Source of the DNA: a virus
DNA: 64,000 nt
IMG/VR virus record: IMGVR_UViG_3300036846_000800
Location: 7,104-71,103 of that record
Direction: 5' to 3' (one strand)
Within the stretch, counting starts at the first letter, position 1. Each line of letters begins with the position of its first letter. A model generated the notes under the pieces. It did no database searches and had not been told where the DNA came from. It saw only the letters and a list, made by a program, of their open reading frames with translations. The position numbers and the translations under genes were made by a program. This document shows, one piece after another, positions 56,525 to 64,000 of the stretch.

Positions 56525-58099
56525 ATGCCGACCAAGTCTCAAATCGCCGCCAGCAAGATCAACGCCGGCCTGCGCGCCCGCAACGCCTTCATCTGGATCA
56601 AGACCCCCGAGGAGGCACGGGTCGAGCGCTACCTGATCGAGGCTTGCGCCGCCGCCGCCTATGTCCCGCGCTTCTGGGACTGTGGCGCAGGCGTCCAGGA
56701 CATCGCCGGCAACGTCCTGCCAATCGGTGGTCCCTCCATCGACGTCACCTTCCAGACCATCCGCGAGCGCGCCACCACCGGCAACGAGCGCGGCGCCTGG
56801 ATACTGCGCGATGTTGCACCCTGGCTGATGGGCGCCGGCAGTGGCCCTCAGCTGACTGTGCGCCCCCTGCGCAATCTTGTGCGGTTGCTGCCCAGCGTGC
56901 CGCGCGATCGCGCCCAGGCCATCATCGTCATCAGCGCAGCCGGCGATGTCCCGGCCGAGCTTGCCGCTAACGCGGTGGTGGTCGACTGGCCAGCGCCTGA
57001 CCGCGAAGAGATCGCCGAGATTCTCGACAATCTCGCCAAGGCTTATTCCCTCGATCTCAACGGCAGCCGCGACGCCGCGATCGATGCCGCCGTCGGTCTC
57101 ACGGGCGACGAGGCCAGCGCCTGCTATGCCACCTCGCTGGTGACCCAGAAGCGCATCGACCCGGTGATCGTCGCGCAGGAAAAGAAAGCGGTCATCGCCA
57201 AATCAGGTGCGCTGGAATGGATGGAGCCGCTCAAGAACGGCTTCGATCAGGTCGGTGGCCTCGACGTCATCAAGACCTGGACGCTGCAGCGCCAGCTCGC
57301 CTATACGCCAGCGGCAAAGGCCTATGGCCTGCCGGTGCCCAAGGGCATCGTGCTGGTGGGCGTCTCCGGTTGCGGCAAGACCCTGATCGCCAAAGCCATC
57401 GCCTGGGCGCTTGGGCGTATCCCGCTGCTGCGCTGGGATATCAACGCCGGCAAGAGCAAGTTCCTGGGCGAGAGTGAAGGTAATCTCCGCAAGACCATCA
57501 AGACCATCGAGAGCGTCGGCAAGTGCGTGGTGCTGATCGATGAGATTGAAAAAGTCCTGGCCGGCGCCACCCAAGGCGCAGCCGATGGCGGCACCAGCGC
57601 GGATATCCTCAGCACGCTCTTAACCTGGATGCAGGAGCGGGAGAACACCGAGGCCTTCATCATCGCGACCGCGAACGATGTCACCCAGTTGCCCCCGGAA
57701 ATCTTGCGCAAGGGTCGCTGGGACGAGCTGTTCTGGGTTGACCTGCCGACCGCTCGCGAGCGCGTCGAGGTGCTCAACGCCACCCTGCGCAGCTATGGCC
57801 GCGACCCGGACAAGGTCGGTGCCGTTGGCGCAGTGGCCCGCGATGCCTGCGACAAGTTCACCGGCGCCGAGATTGCCAGCTTGGTTCCCGATGCGATGTT
57901 CGCCGCCTTCGCCGATGGCGAGCGCGAGCTGACAGCCAAGGACCTGCAGGCCGCAGCGCGCAACGTCAGCCCACTGAGCGAGACCGCCAAGGAGAAGATC
58001 GACGCCATGCGCGCATGGTCGAAGGGCCGCGCCCGCGCCGCCACTACCCCCGATGCCCTGCAGGTCGTCGCGCCCGCCGGCCGCCAGCTTGACATGTAA
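56525..58099 (+). CDS. AAA+ ATPase (Ycf46-like architecture)
   Basis: GVSGCGKT, VLIDEIEK, ATAN, LPPEILRKGRWDE; degenerate N-terminal AAA domain. Confidence 0.88.
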   Translation: MPTKSQIAASKINAGLRARNAFIWIKTPEEARVERYLIEACAAAAYVPRFWDCGAGVQDIAGNVLPIGGPSIDVTFQTIRERATTGNERGAWILRDVAPWLMGAGSGPQLTVRPLRNLVRLLPSVPRDRAQAIIVISAAGDVPAELAANAVVVDWPAPDREEIAEILDNLAKAYSLDLNGSRDAAIDAAVGLTGDEASACYATSLVTQKRIDPVIVAQEKKAVIAKSGALEWMEPLKNGFDQVGGLDVIKTWTLQRQLAYTPAAKAYGLPVPKGIVLVGVSGCGKTLIAKAIAWALGRIPLLRWDINAGKSKFLGESEGNLRKTIKTIESVGKCVVLIDEIEKVLAGATQGAADGGTSADILSTLLTWMQERENTEAFIIATANDVTQLPPEILRKGRWDELFWVDLPTARERVEVLNATLRSYGRDPDKVGAVGAVARDACDKFTGAEIASLVPDAMFAAFADGERELTAKDLQAAARNVSPLSETAKEKIDAMRAWSKGRARAATTPDALQVVAPAGRQLDM

Positions 58100-58166
58100 C
58101 GTCGTGTATTGACTAACACCCTGTCACTGTGGCAGGGTGTCACCTCAACCCGAAAGGACAACGCCC

Positions 58167-59030
58167 ATGTTTGCCTCCACCACCCTGCGCCCCGGCCTCC
58201 TCGTCTCGGTCAAGACCAGCATCCGGGGCAACTGCTCCTACTTCACCACCACGCTGGAAGGCGACCACATCACCGAGGCCGGCGAGCGCCGCGCCCGCTG
58301 GGAGACCGAGCGCGTCGTCAATGACCCGGTCGAGCACGAGCGCGCGCTCAAGGTCCGCTCGCTCGCCCGTTCCGCCGTGCAGACCGTCTGCGCCCACAGC
58401 GACTTTGGCCTGATCTGCCCCGAGGACAAGGCCGACAAGCTCGCCGCTGCGGTGTTCAAGGCGCGCGATCTGTGCGTCGAGTTCAACAACAGCGCCGCCG
58501 TCACCCAGGTCCGCTTCAACGTGCTGGTGGGCAAGGTCAGCGCCGACGACGTCGAGGCGGTCAAGGCGATCAACGGCGAGATTCGCGACCTGATGGACAC
58601 CATGGCGCGCGGCCTTGCTAACCTCGACGTCGAGGCGGTGCGTAACGCCGCCATCAAGGCCAAGAGCGTCGGCAAGGTGCTGGAGGCCAACGCCCAGGCG
58701 CGCGTGCAGAAGGCCGTCGAGGTGGCCAGGGCGGCAGCCAGGGAGATCGTCAAGGCCGGCGAGACCGGGGCGGTCGAGATCGATCAGGTGGCCATCCAGC
58801 GCCTCAGCGAAGCCCGTACAGCGTTTCTGGACGTCGACCTGGAGGGTGACACCCAGGCGCCGGCCGCAGCCGCACCAGTGGCCGTTGATTTCGACGTGCA
58901 GGCGACCGTGGCGCAGCTGCTCGACACCTACGGCGCCGACGCCGAGATCGAGGTCACCTTTGAGGAGCCGACCGAGGAGCCCGAGGAGAAGGCCGCGTCC
59001 CCGTTCGTCACCTCGGTCATCTTTGAGTAA
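58167..59030 (+). CDS. helical protein with acidic C-terminal tail, ATPase-linked
   Basis: Start after GAAAGGA; Ala-rich helices. Confidence 0.7.
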   Translation: MFASTTLRPGLLVSVKTSIRGNCSYFTTTLEGDHITEAGERRARWETERVVNDPVEHERALKVRSLARSAVQTVCAHSDFGLICPEDKADKLAAAVFKARDLCVEFNNSAAVTQVRFNVLVGKVSADDVEAVKAINGEIRDLMDTMARGLANLDVEAVRNAAIKAKSVGKVLEANAQARVQKAVEVARAAAREIVKAGETGAVEIDQVAIQRLSEARTAFLDVDLEGDTQAPAAAAPVAVDFDVQATVAQLLDTYGADAEIEVTFEEPTEEPEEKAASPFVTSVIFE

Positions 59031-59041
59031 GGGAGGCGACC

Positions 59042-59380
59042 ATGGCCTGCGATACCCGCTTAAAGCCCCGCCAGACCATCCAGGAGCGCGCTAAGGAAGT
59101 GCGGGACGCCGTCGCGCGTCTCGCCCAGGCGCTCGTGTCCGGTCGGGTCAAGCCTGTCATCGGCCCCAAGGGCGAGCTGGCCTTCACCGGCTGGGACGCC
59201 ACCTCGCGCGATGGGCTTACCGATGCCTGTGCCTATCGCACCATCATGCGGTCGGGCGACGCCATGGCGCGAGCACTGATCGAGCGGGCCGAGATGATGT
59301 CCGGCCGCAAGATCGACAAGCAGGTCCTCGCCCAGGGCATGCACAGCCACGATGGAGGTGCATCGTGGCACAAGCACTGA
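59042..59380 (+). CDS. ATPase-cluster small protein
   Basis: 112 aa; MAC start; HSHDGG..WHKH end; GGGAGG RBS. Confidence 0.7.
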   Translation: MACDTRLKPRQTIQERAKEVRDAVARLAQALVSGRVKPVIGPKGELAFTGWDATSRDGLTDACAYRTIMRSGDAMARALIERAEMMSGRKIDKQVLAQGMHSHDGGASWHKH

Positions 59381-59689
59381 AACGGAAACGGAAACAGATC
59401 GATGAGCGGGACCTTGTTGAGAAGGTCTGCGCCAATGACCCGCTATGGGCCGCGCAGACGATTGTCGACCACGCCCCGCGTGATCTGATCGAGCGGTTTG
59501 TCAAAGAGGCCCAGCGATGAGGCCGGCCACCGTCGCCATCTGCGATGTCTGCTGGCTGATCGAGGAGGGCGGGCGCGATCCCGTCCGCTTCAAGTTCCGA
59601 ATGTCCGAGACCTGCTATCGCTGCCAGCAGGAAACCCATTCCGGGATTTATGTGCGGCGAATGATCCCAACCAATGAAAGGAAAACGAC

Positions 59690-60010
59690 ATGACCACCAC
59701 CTCCTACATCGATGCCCATGGCGTGAAGCACTACGGCATCGGCGCGCGGCTCGCGGCCGGACGCGAAGGCAAGCCGGTGTTTGCCACCAGGATCACCCGT
59801 GTGCGCTGGCGCGAGGACTACGACGTCGAGTTCGACGGCAAAGGTTATGAAGTGCGGCGCGAGCGCATGAACCCCAGCTGGCGAGAGGCACAGGCCGATT
59901 GGGAATACACCGTGTGGAGCGTGACCATGACGCAGCGGCGCCTGTGCGATGATAAGGGCCGCATCGCAAAGCGCGTCGTCGCGGCGCTCTTGCCGTTGGT
60001 CGAGGTGTGA
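59690..60010 (+). CDS. hypothetical protein
   Basis: 106 aa; extended RBS motif. Confidence 0.65.
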   Translation: MTTTSYIDAHGVKHYGIGARLAAGREGKPVFATRITRVRWREDYDVEFDGKGYEVRRERMNPSWREAQADWEYTVWSVTMTQRRLCDDKGRIAKRVVAALLPLVEV

Positions 60011-60011
60011 C

Positions 60012-60380
60012 ATGACCCGACAAGAGGCACTCAAACGGCTGCGGAAAATGCTCGGGCCGAAGCTCGGCTACCGCGTCGATCCATCCGCTCCTTCGCCGGA
60101 TGAACGCGAGGAAGCCAGGGCGCGCGTGGCTGCATTGGCAGAGGCGCGAACCCAGGCCGAAGCAGCGATGCAGGCACGACAACGTGAGCTTTTGCAGGAC
60201 CCTGAATATCAGCGGCTGAGAGCCGAATGGCAGGAAGCAAAAAAAGTTGCCGATCGTAATGCAGGCAAACTGTACCACTTCAAGTTCACTGCCGGTGTCA
60301 GCAATGGCATGTTCTTCCACGTCAGGGCGCAAGGCGATAGCTGGGAAGATGTCTTCGCCAAGCTCAAGAAAGGAGACTGA
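60012..60380 (+). CDS. coiled-coil hypothetical protein
   Basis: Start 2 nt after the upstream stop. Confidence 0.6.
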   Translation: MTRQEALKRLRKMLGPKLGYRVDPSAPSPDEREEARARVAALAEARTQAEAAMQARQRELLQDPEYQRLRAEWQEAKKVADRNAGKLYHFKFTAGVSNGMFFHVRAQGDSWEDVFAKLKKGD

Positions 60381-60381
60381 C

Positions 60382-60642
60382 ATGGCGCTTACCCGCCTCC
60401 AGCGCGACCTGGACCGCTACACCAATGAAAAGCTGCAGAAGTGCATCGAGGATGTCGTGCAAAGCTTCGACATCGCCGGCCAAGATAAGTCGATGGCCCT
60501 GGGAAGTATCGGTGCCGCCTGCCTGCGCATGGCCGGCGCCCTGGCGGTCCACGGCGAGGCCTCGAAGAGCAGCTGGCTGAGGATATGCAGCATTACCTAC
60601 GACCAGTCTTTAAACGCCCACCGCGAATCAGAGGAGGACTGA
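60382..60642 (+). CDS. hypothetical protein
   Basis: AAGGAG RBS. Confidence 0.6.
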   Translation: MALTRLQRDLDRYTNEKLQKCIEDVVQSFDIAGQDKSMALGSIGAACLRMAGALAVHGEASKSSWLRICSITYDQSLNAHRESEED

Positions 60643-60942
60643 CGTGAACGAAGTTGGATGGCTTGTGATGGGCCTTTTCGCAGGGGGCATTTTCGCACTC
60701 ATCACGGTTATCTGGTTTTTCTACGCCGATTGAAAGGATTCCGGTCGTAAGGCCGACCGGAGTGGGGCCACCGGGGACGATGTTGTATCCCCTTCGATCC
60801 CCGGTGGCTGACCACTAACCAGATGAAAGGAATCTGTTATGTTTTGGACAGTGTTCTGGGCGATCCTCGCTGCTGCTGCAGTGCTGTTCGTTGCAGCGAT
60901 GTTCCTCTGTGCCCTTGCTGAGTGGGGTGAAGGAGGTTTTCG

Positions 60943-61419
60943 ATGACCAAGTCCTTAACCATGCAGGAGCTGTTCGAGCTGGCACGCGATCGCAGTGCCG
61001 AGATGTTCCATGAGACTGGAGAAGTCCTTCCGATGTGGCACGCCGTCGCCGGCAATGGCGATAATATTCTCATCGCCACACCCTGGTGCAATGACGACGA
61101 GAAAGACGCCGCCATGCATGCACTGCGCGCGCTGTTCGCTTCGCACCAAGTCAAGCGCTACGCCTTCATGGTGGAAGCCTGGATGGTCGTTGTGGACCAT
61201 GGAAACATCGATGGGGTCCGCACCGAAGGCTTACCACGTCCCAGCGAGCATCCCGATCGTCGTGAGATGCTTCGTGTCACCGTGGAAGATCGCAGCGGCG
61301 AAATGCTATCGGGGCACTACTTCATCCTGCGCCCGGAGCACGGTAAGCCAACGCTCTCACCGTTTCACACTGATGACTACACGGCAGTAACCGGCCGGAT
61401 GACCGGCTTACTCACATGA
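60943..61419 (+). CDS. hypothetical protein
   Basis: 158 aa; EAW...PSEHPDRRE; AAGGAGGT RBS. Confidence 0.7.
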   Translation: MTKSLTMQELFELARDRSAEMFHETGEVLPMWHAVAGNGDNILIATPWCNDDEKDAAMHALRALFASHQVKRYAFMVEAWMVVVDHGNIDGVRTEGLPRPSEHPDRREMLRVTVEDRSGEMLSGHYFILRPEHGKPTLSPFHTDDYTAVTGRMTGLLT

Positions 61420-61838
61420 CGCTCTATCGGCCCCATCGCGGCTCGCTCGCCGATGCCATGCGCGAAGTTGTCGAGGTCAACGACTTCGCTCAGCTGGTGC
61501 GGCACATGCGCCGAGGGGTGGAGTCCTGGTATCCGCCGGCAGCAATGCCAACGATGGAGAACACCACCATTGAGCCCTACGGATTCGATGACCGTATCGG
61601 CTGGGACACCCACATCGTGCTCGTAAAGGGCGAGGCGTGGGGTTTCACTAATGGCGCTTTGACCAAAGACGAGAAGCCAAACCAAAAGAGCGAACGCCAA
61701 AAGCGAGCCGATTGGGCCAAAGCCAATACGTTGGGAGGCGTTGATCGAAACGGCGACTATCTGGACCTGGATGGCAATCTAAGAAACGTCAAAGAGATTC
61801 CACCGGCTATCGGTCCCGACACCAAGGCCGGTGGATGA
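61416..61838 (+). CDS. hypothetical phage protein
   Basis: YRPHRGSLADAM...YGFDDRIGWDTHIV; ATGA coupling. Confidence 0.65.
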   Translation: MTLYRPHRGSLADAMREVVEVNDFAQLVRHMRRGVESWYPPAAMPTMENTTIEPYGFDDRIGWDTHIVLVKGEAWGFTNGALTKDEKPNQKSERQKRADWAKANTLGGVDRNGDYLDLDGNLRNVKEIPPAIGPDTKAGG

Positions 61839-61904
61839 GGCGCCCGTCCCTTTTCCTTCTAGCAAGGGACGGGCGCTGATGACGCAAAGAGAAAGGAGAG
61901 AACG

Positions 61905-62129
61905 ATGCCGCGCAAACGCAATGAGTACAACATCGCCCGCCACGAGCTGGGCTGGACACACGAGAGGCTTGGAAAGCTCATCGGCGTGTCCGAGCGCGTC
62001 CCCTATCGCTATGCCAGCGGCGATGTGGATATCCCGGCGCCATCAAGAAAACTTCTTAAGCTGCTGGTGCTGATGCGCCTGACAATGAGCAAGAACAAGT
62101 TCGAGGAGGTGATCAACCAGCTGGGCTAA
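61905..62129 (+). CDS. XRE-like helix-turn-helix regulator
   Basis: LGWTHERLGKLIGVSERVPYRYASG..IP. Confidence 0.7.
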   Translation: MPRKRNEYNIARHELGWTHERLGKLIGVSERVPYRYASGDVDIPAPSRKLLKLLVLMRLTMSKNKFEEVINQLG

Positions 62130-62172
62130 AGGTTACCGTAATTTTCCTCCAACCAATGAAAGGATACCCATC

Positions 62173-62541
62173 ATGTACAAGGAGATCGCCGTCTGTGTTC
62201 TGTTGCTGACCAGCTCGCAGGTATCTGCCCAACAGATACCGCTGCACGTGCCGCCCGAGAAGTTCGACTATCCGTTCCGTGGTAAGCTCGTCGTAAAACG
62301 GGTGGACAGCAATCAGCTCATGCAAGCATGCAGCATCGCCACGCTACAGTCGCTCGGTTGCGCGTTTGTAAACAACGACCGTTGTCTTATCCTCCTGGTC
62401 GATGACGAGACCATCCGTGCCAAGGGCTGGACCAAGGAGCTGATGCTTCGTCACGAGCAGGCACACTGCAACGGCTGGCCGCAGGACCATGCCGGCGCCC
62501 GTTCCCTGGAGTCGATTTCGCATCCTCTGTACCGATGGTGA
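62173..62541 (+). CDS. secreted small protein with HExxH motif
   Basis: Signal peptide; LRHEQAHCNGW. Confidence 0.65.
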   Translation: MYKEIAVCVLLLTSSQVSAQQIPLHVPPEKFDYPFRGKLVVKRVDSNQLMQACSIATLQSLGCAFVNNDRCLILLVDDETIRAKGWTKELMLRHEQAHCNGWPQDHAGARSLESISHPLYRW

Positions 62542-62574
62542 GCCGTCAAAACTCGAACTATGAAAGGACAGAAC

Positions 62575-62781
62575 ATGCCTAAAGCCAAGGTCACGCAACT
62601 CAAGACGCCCTTCAGGTGCAGCATCTGCCAGGGCGACATCGATGTGCATCCCGGCAGCAACTGGACGCGCGGCCATAACGCCGAGCCCGTCAACGACGGA
62701 CGCTGCTGCAGCGAGTGCAACTCTCTGGTGGTGATCCCGATGAGATTACGGATACTTCTTGCGAGCCGCAAAGAGGATTAA
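62575..62781 (+). CDS. small zinc-binding protein
   Basis: CSIC...GHNAEPV..GRCCSECN. Confidence 0.65.
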   Translation: MPKAKVTQLKTPFRCSICQGDIDVHPGSNWTRGHNAEPVNDGRCCSECNSLVVIPMRLRILLASRKED

Positions 62782-62876
62782 GTCTGATGGTGGAGCTGGC
62801 GGGTACAGCGTGATCACGTAGCATCACGAAGTGCTGCGTGGTTTAGATAGTGGGTTCGAATCCCATCCCATCAGAC
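62782..62876 (+). ncRNA. non-canonical tRNA-like RNA
   Basis: 9-bp terminal stem GTCTGATGG/CCATCAGAC; D-like arm GCTG-GCGGGTA-CAGC; ~12-bp central arm; T arm GTGGG-TTCGAAT-CCCAT. Confidence 0.6.
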
Positions 62877-63167
62877 ATGTGCCCCGGTCAGCGAAAGCTG
62901 GCTGGGGCTTCTTCTTTCGTAGCCTCACCAGATGATTGTGAGCCGCAAGGCGCAGCTTCTTGATGCAGCTCCAGCACGCGCAGCCATCTGGATGGATACC
63001 CATCAGCGCGTTGATCTCTGACTCGGGAAAGCCGTGCTCGCGAAGAAGACATCTCGTCTCCAGCCACAGCGCCGAGCGTGCCAGCGGGCGCACAGCCTTG
63101 TACGTTGCCGCCGTCGGTCCGTGGACATCCAGGCGCAGCGCCAGCAGCTCAAAGCGATAACGTGGGG

Positions 63168-63530
63168 TTACGCGACCATCCATCCCGGTGGCCTCGGTAT
63201 CTCGACGTGTTGCGGACGCCATAAATGAAGACAGTGCGGGTGCTTGTTGATGTGATCTTTCGCTGGCACGTGTAGCTGCATCGCCACCTCGTCGTTCTTG
63301 AAGAACGCTCGCTTGACGTAATCCATCTCGATCCAGTTGGGGCAGCGATTGGCGCGCGAGACCGAGACATGATCCCAGCCCTCGCCGTCTGAGGCGATCA
63401 CAGCCATCTCGGCCTTGTCGATCGGTGACGGCACCCTGAACATGCCGCCCCCATAGTCGCCTTCACAACCGTAACACTTCTTTTCGGCGACACGGTCGCG
63501 GTACGGCTCAAGCGCGCGCAGGTCTCTCAT
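63168..63530 (-). CDS. DUF7694-like phage protein
   Basis: GWDHVSVS...CPNW.EM..VK..F...H.P...IN.HPHCLHLW. Confidence 0.65.
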   Translation of the reverse strand: MRDLRALEPYRDRVAEKKCYGCEGDYGGGMFRVPSPIDKAEMAVIASDGEGWDHVSVSRANRCPNWIEMDYVKRAFFKNDEVAMQLHVPAKDHINKHPHCLHLWRPQHVEIPRPPGWMVA

Positions 63531-64000
63531 GCTGATGCTCGTCGCGGGTTGCGCGGATCATTGGCCCACATCATGAAACGATAGCGGATATATGCCTTAA
63601 CCTCGGCGCCGACGCCATCTGCCGGCGGTAGCTCCTTCCACGCCCACGCCGGCCACTCCCGGAACTTTTCCTTGTAGGTGACATCGGGCCAGCTCGGCTT
63701 GTAGGGACGGCCAAGGGCGTAGGCCTTGAGCTGCAGGTAGAAGCTCTTCTTCTCCTCCCGCGTATAAGGGAACAGCTCGGGGTTGCGCTGTTTTTTGGGC
63801 CGACCGTCGAACGACACTTCAAACAGTTCGCCCTCACGCTCGAACAGCTCGCTCTCGATCTTCTTCTCATAGCCGCACTCGGGACACTTCATCACGCGCG
63901 GCGGAATGAGAAACGAACACTGCGGACACGGCTTGGGCAGCGGCGGGCTCTTGGCGCTGGCTTTGTTCGAGTCGAGCTTGCCGCTGTGCAGCTCGTCGTG
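63527..64000 (-). CDS. C-terminal part of an SF2 (RadD/YejH-like) helicase, running off the window edge
   Basis: Frame stays open to the edge; PKPCPQC...KCPECGY double zinc ribbon; Y..K.SW...YKEKF.EWP tail. Confidence 0.55.
   Translation of the reverse strand, partial: HDELHSGKLDSNKASAKSPPLPKPCPQCSFLIPPRVMKCPECGYEKKIESELFEREGELFEVSFDGRPKKQRNPELFPYTREEKKSFYLQLKAYALGRPYKPSWPDVTYKEKFREWPAWAWKELPPADGVGAEVKAYIRYRFMMWANDPRNPRRASA

Noticed and set aside
62782-62876. Calling the element tRNA-Sec because of TCA in the loop and the long acceptor stem
   Set aside because: No canonical 7-nt anticodon loop with U33 and no long variable arm; kept only as tRNA-like.
62824-63222. 132-aa minus-strand ORF as annotated
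   Set aside because: Overlaps both the DUF7694-like gene and the tRNA-like element; a shorter version from ~63183 is possible but unsupported.
1-64000. Prophage boundaries, integrase or att sites
   Set aside because: No integrase, host genes or att duplication recognised; lifestyle cannot be determined from this window.

Overview
GC-rich window from a tailed dsDNA bacteriophage with podovirus-like gene content. The host is probably alphaproteobacterial (Hyphomicrobiales-like), inferred from a VPGP-type PEP-CTERM protein. A long minus-strand late operon (~53.4 kb down to ~4.1 kb) carries a candidate small terminase, large terminase, an Acb2/Tad1-like small protein, portal, GroES-like co-chaperonin, scaffold, decoration and major capsid proteins, adaptors, collagen and glycine-rich fibres, a nozzle protein, three very large internal/ejection-type proteins, a GNAT protein, a holin candidate and a multi-domain endolysin. 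A plus-strand early region from ~55.2 kb carries a PAPS-reductase-family protein, an AAA ATPase cluster and many small ORFs, and converges on a tRNA-like RNA and a helicase fragment at the right edge. The most striking unexplained pattern is a recurring [F/Y/M/L/R/K/H]-[A/K/Q/R]-x-G-G motif (about 32 copies) confined to five late proteins. Other unusual features are partial paralogues of head proteins (an MCP-derived chimera and a Tat-signal copy) and two non-canonical tRNA-like elements. All family names come from motif recognition by eye; no database search was run.
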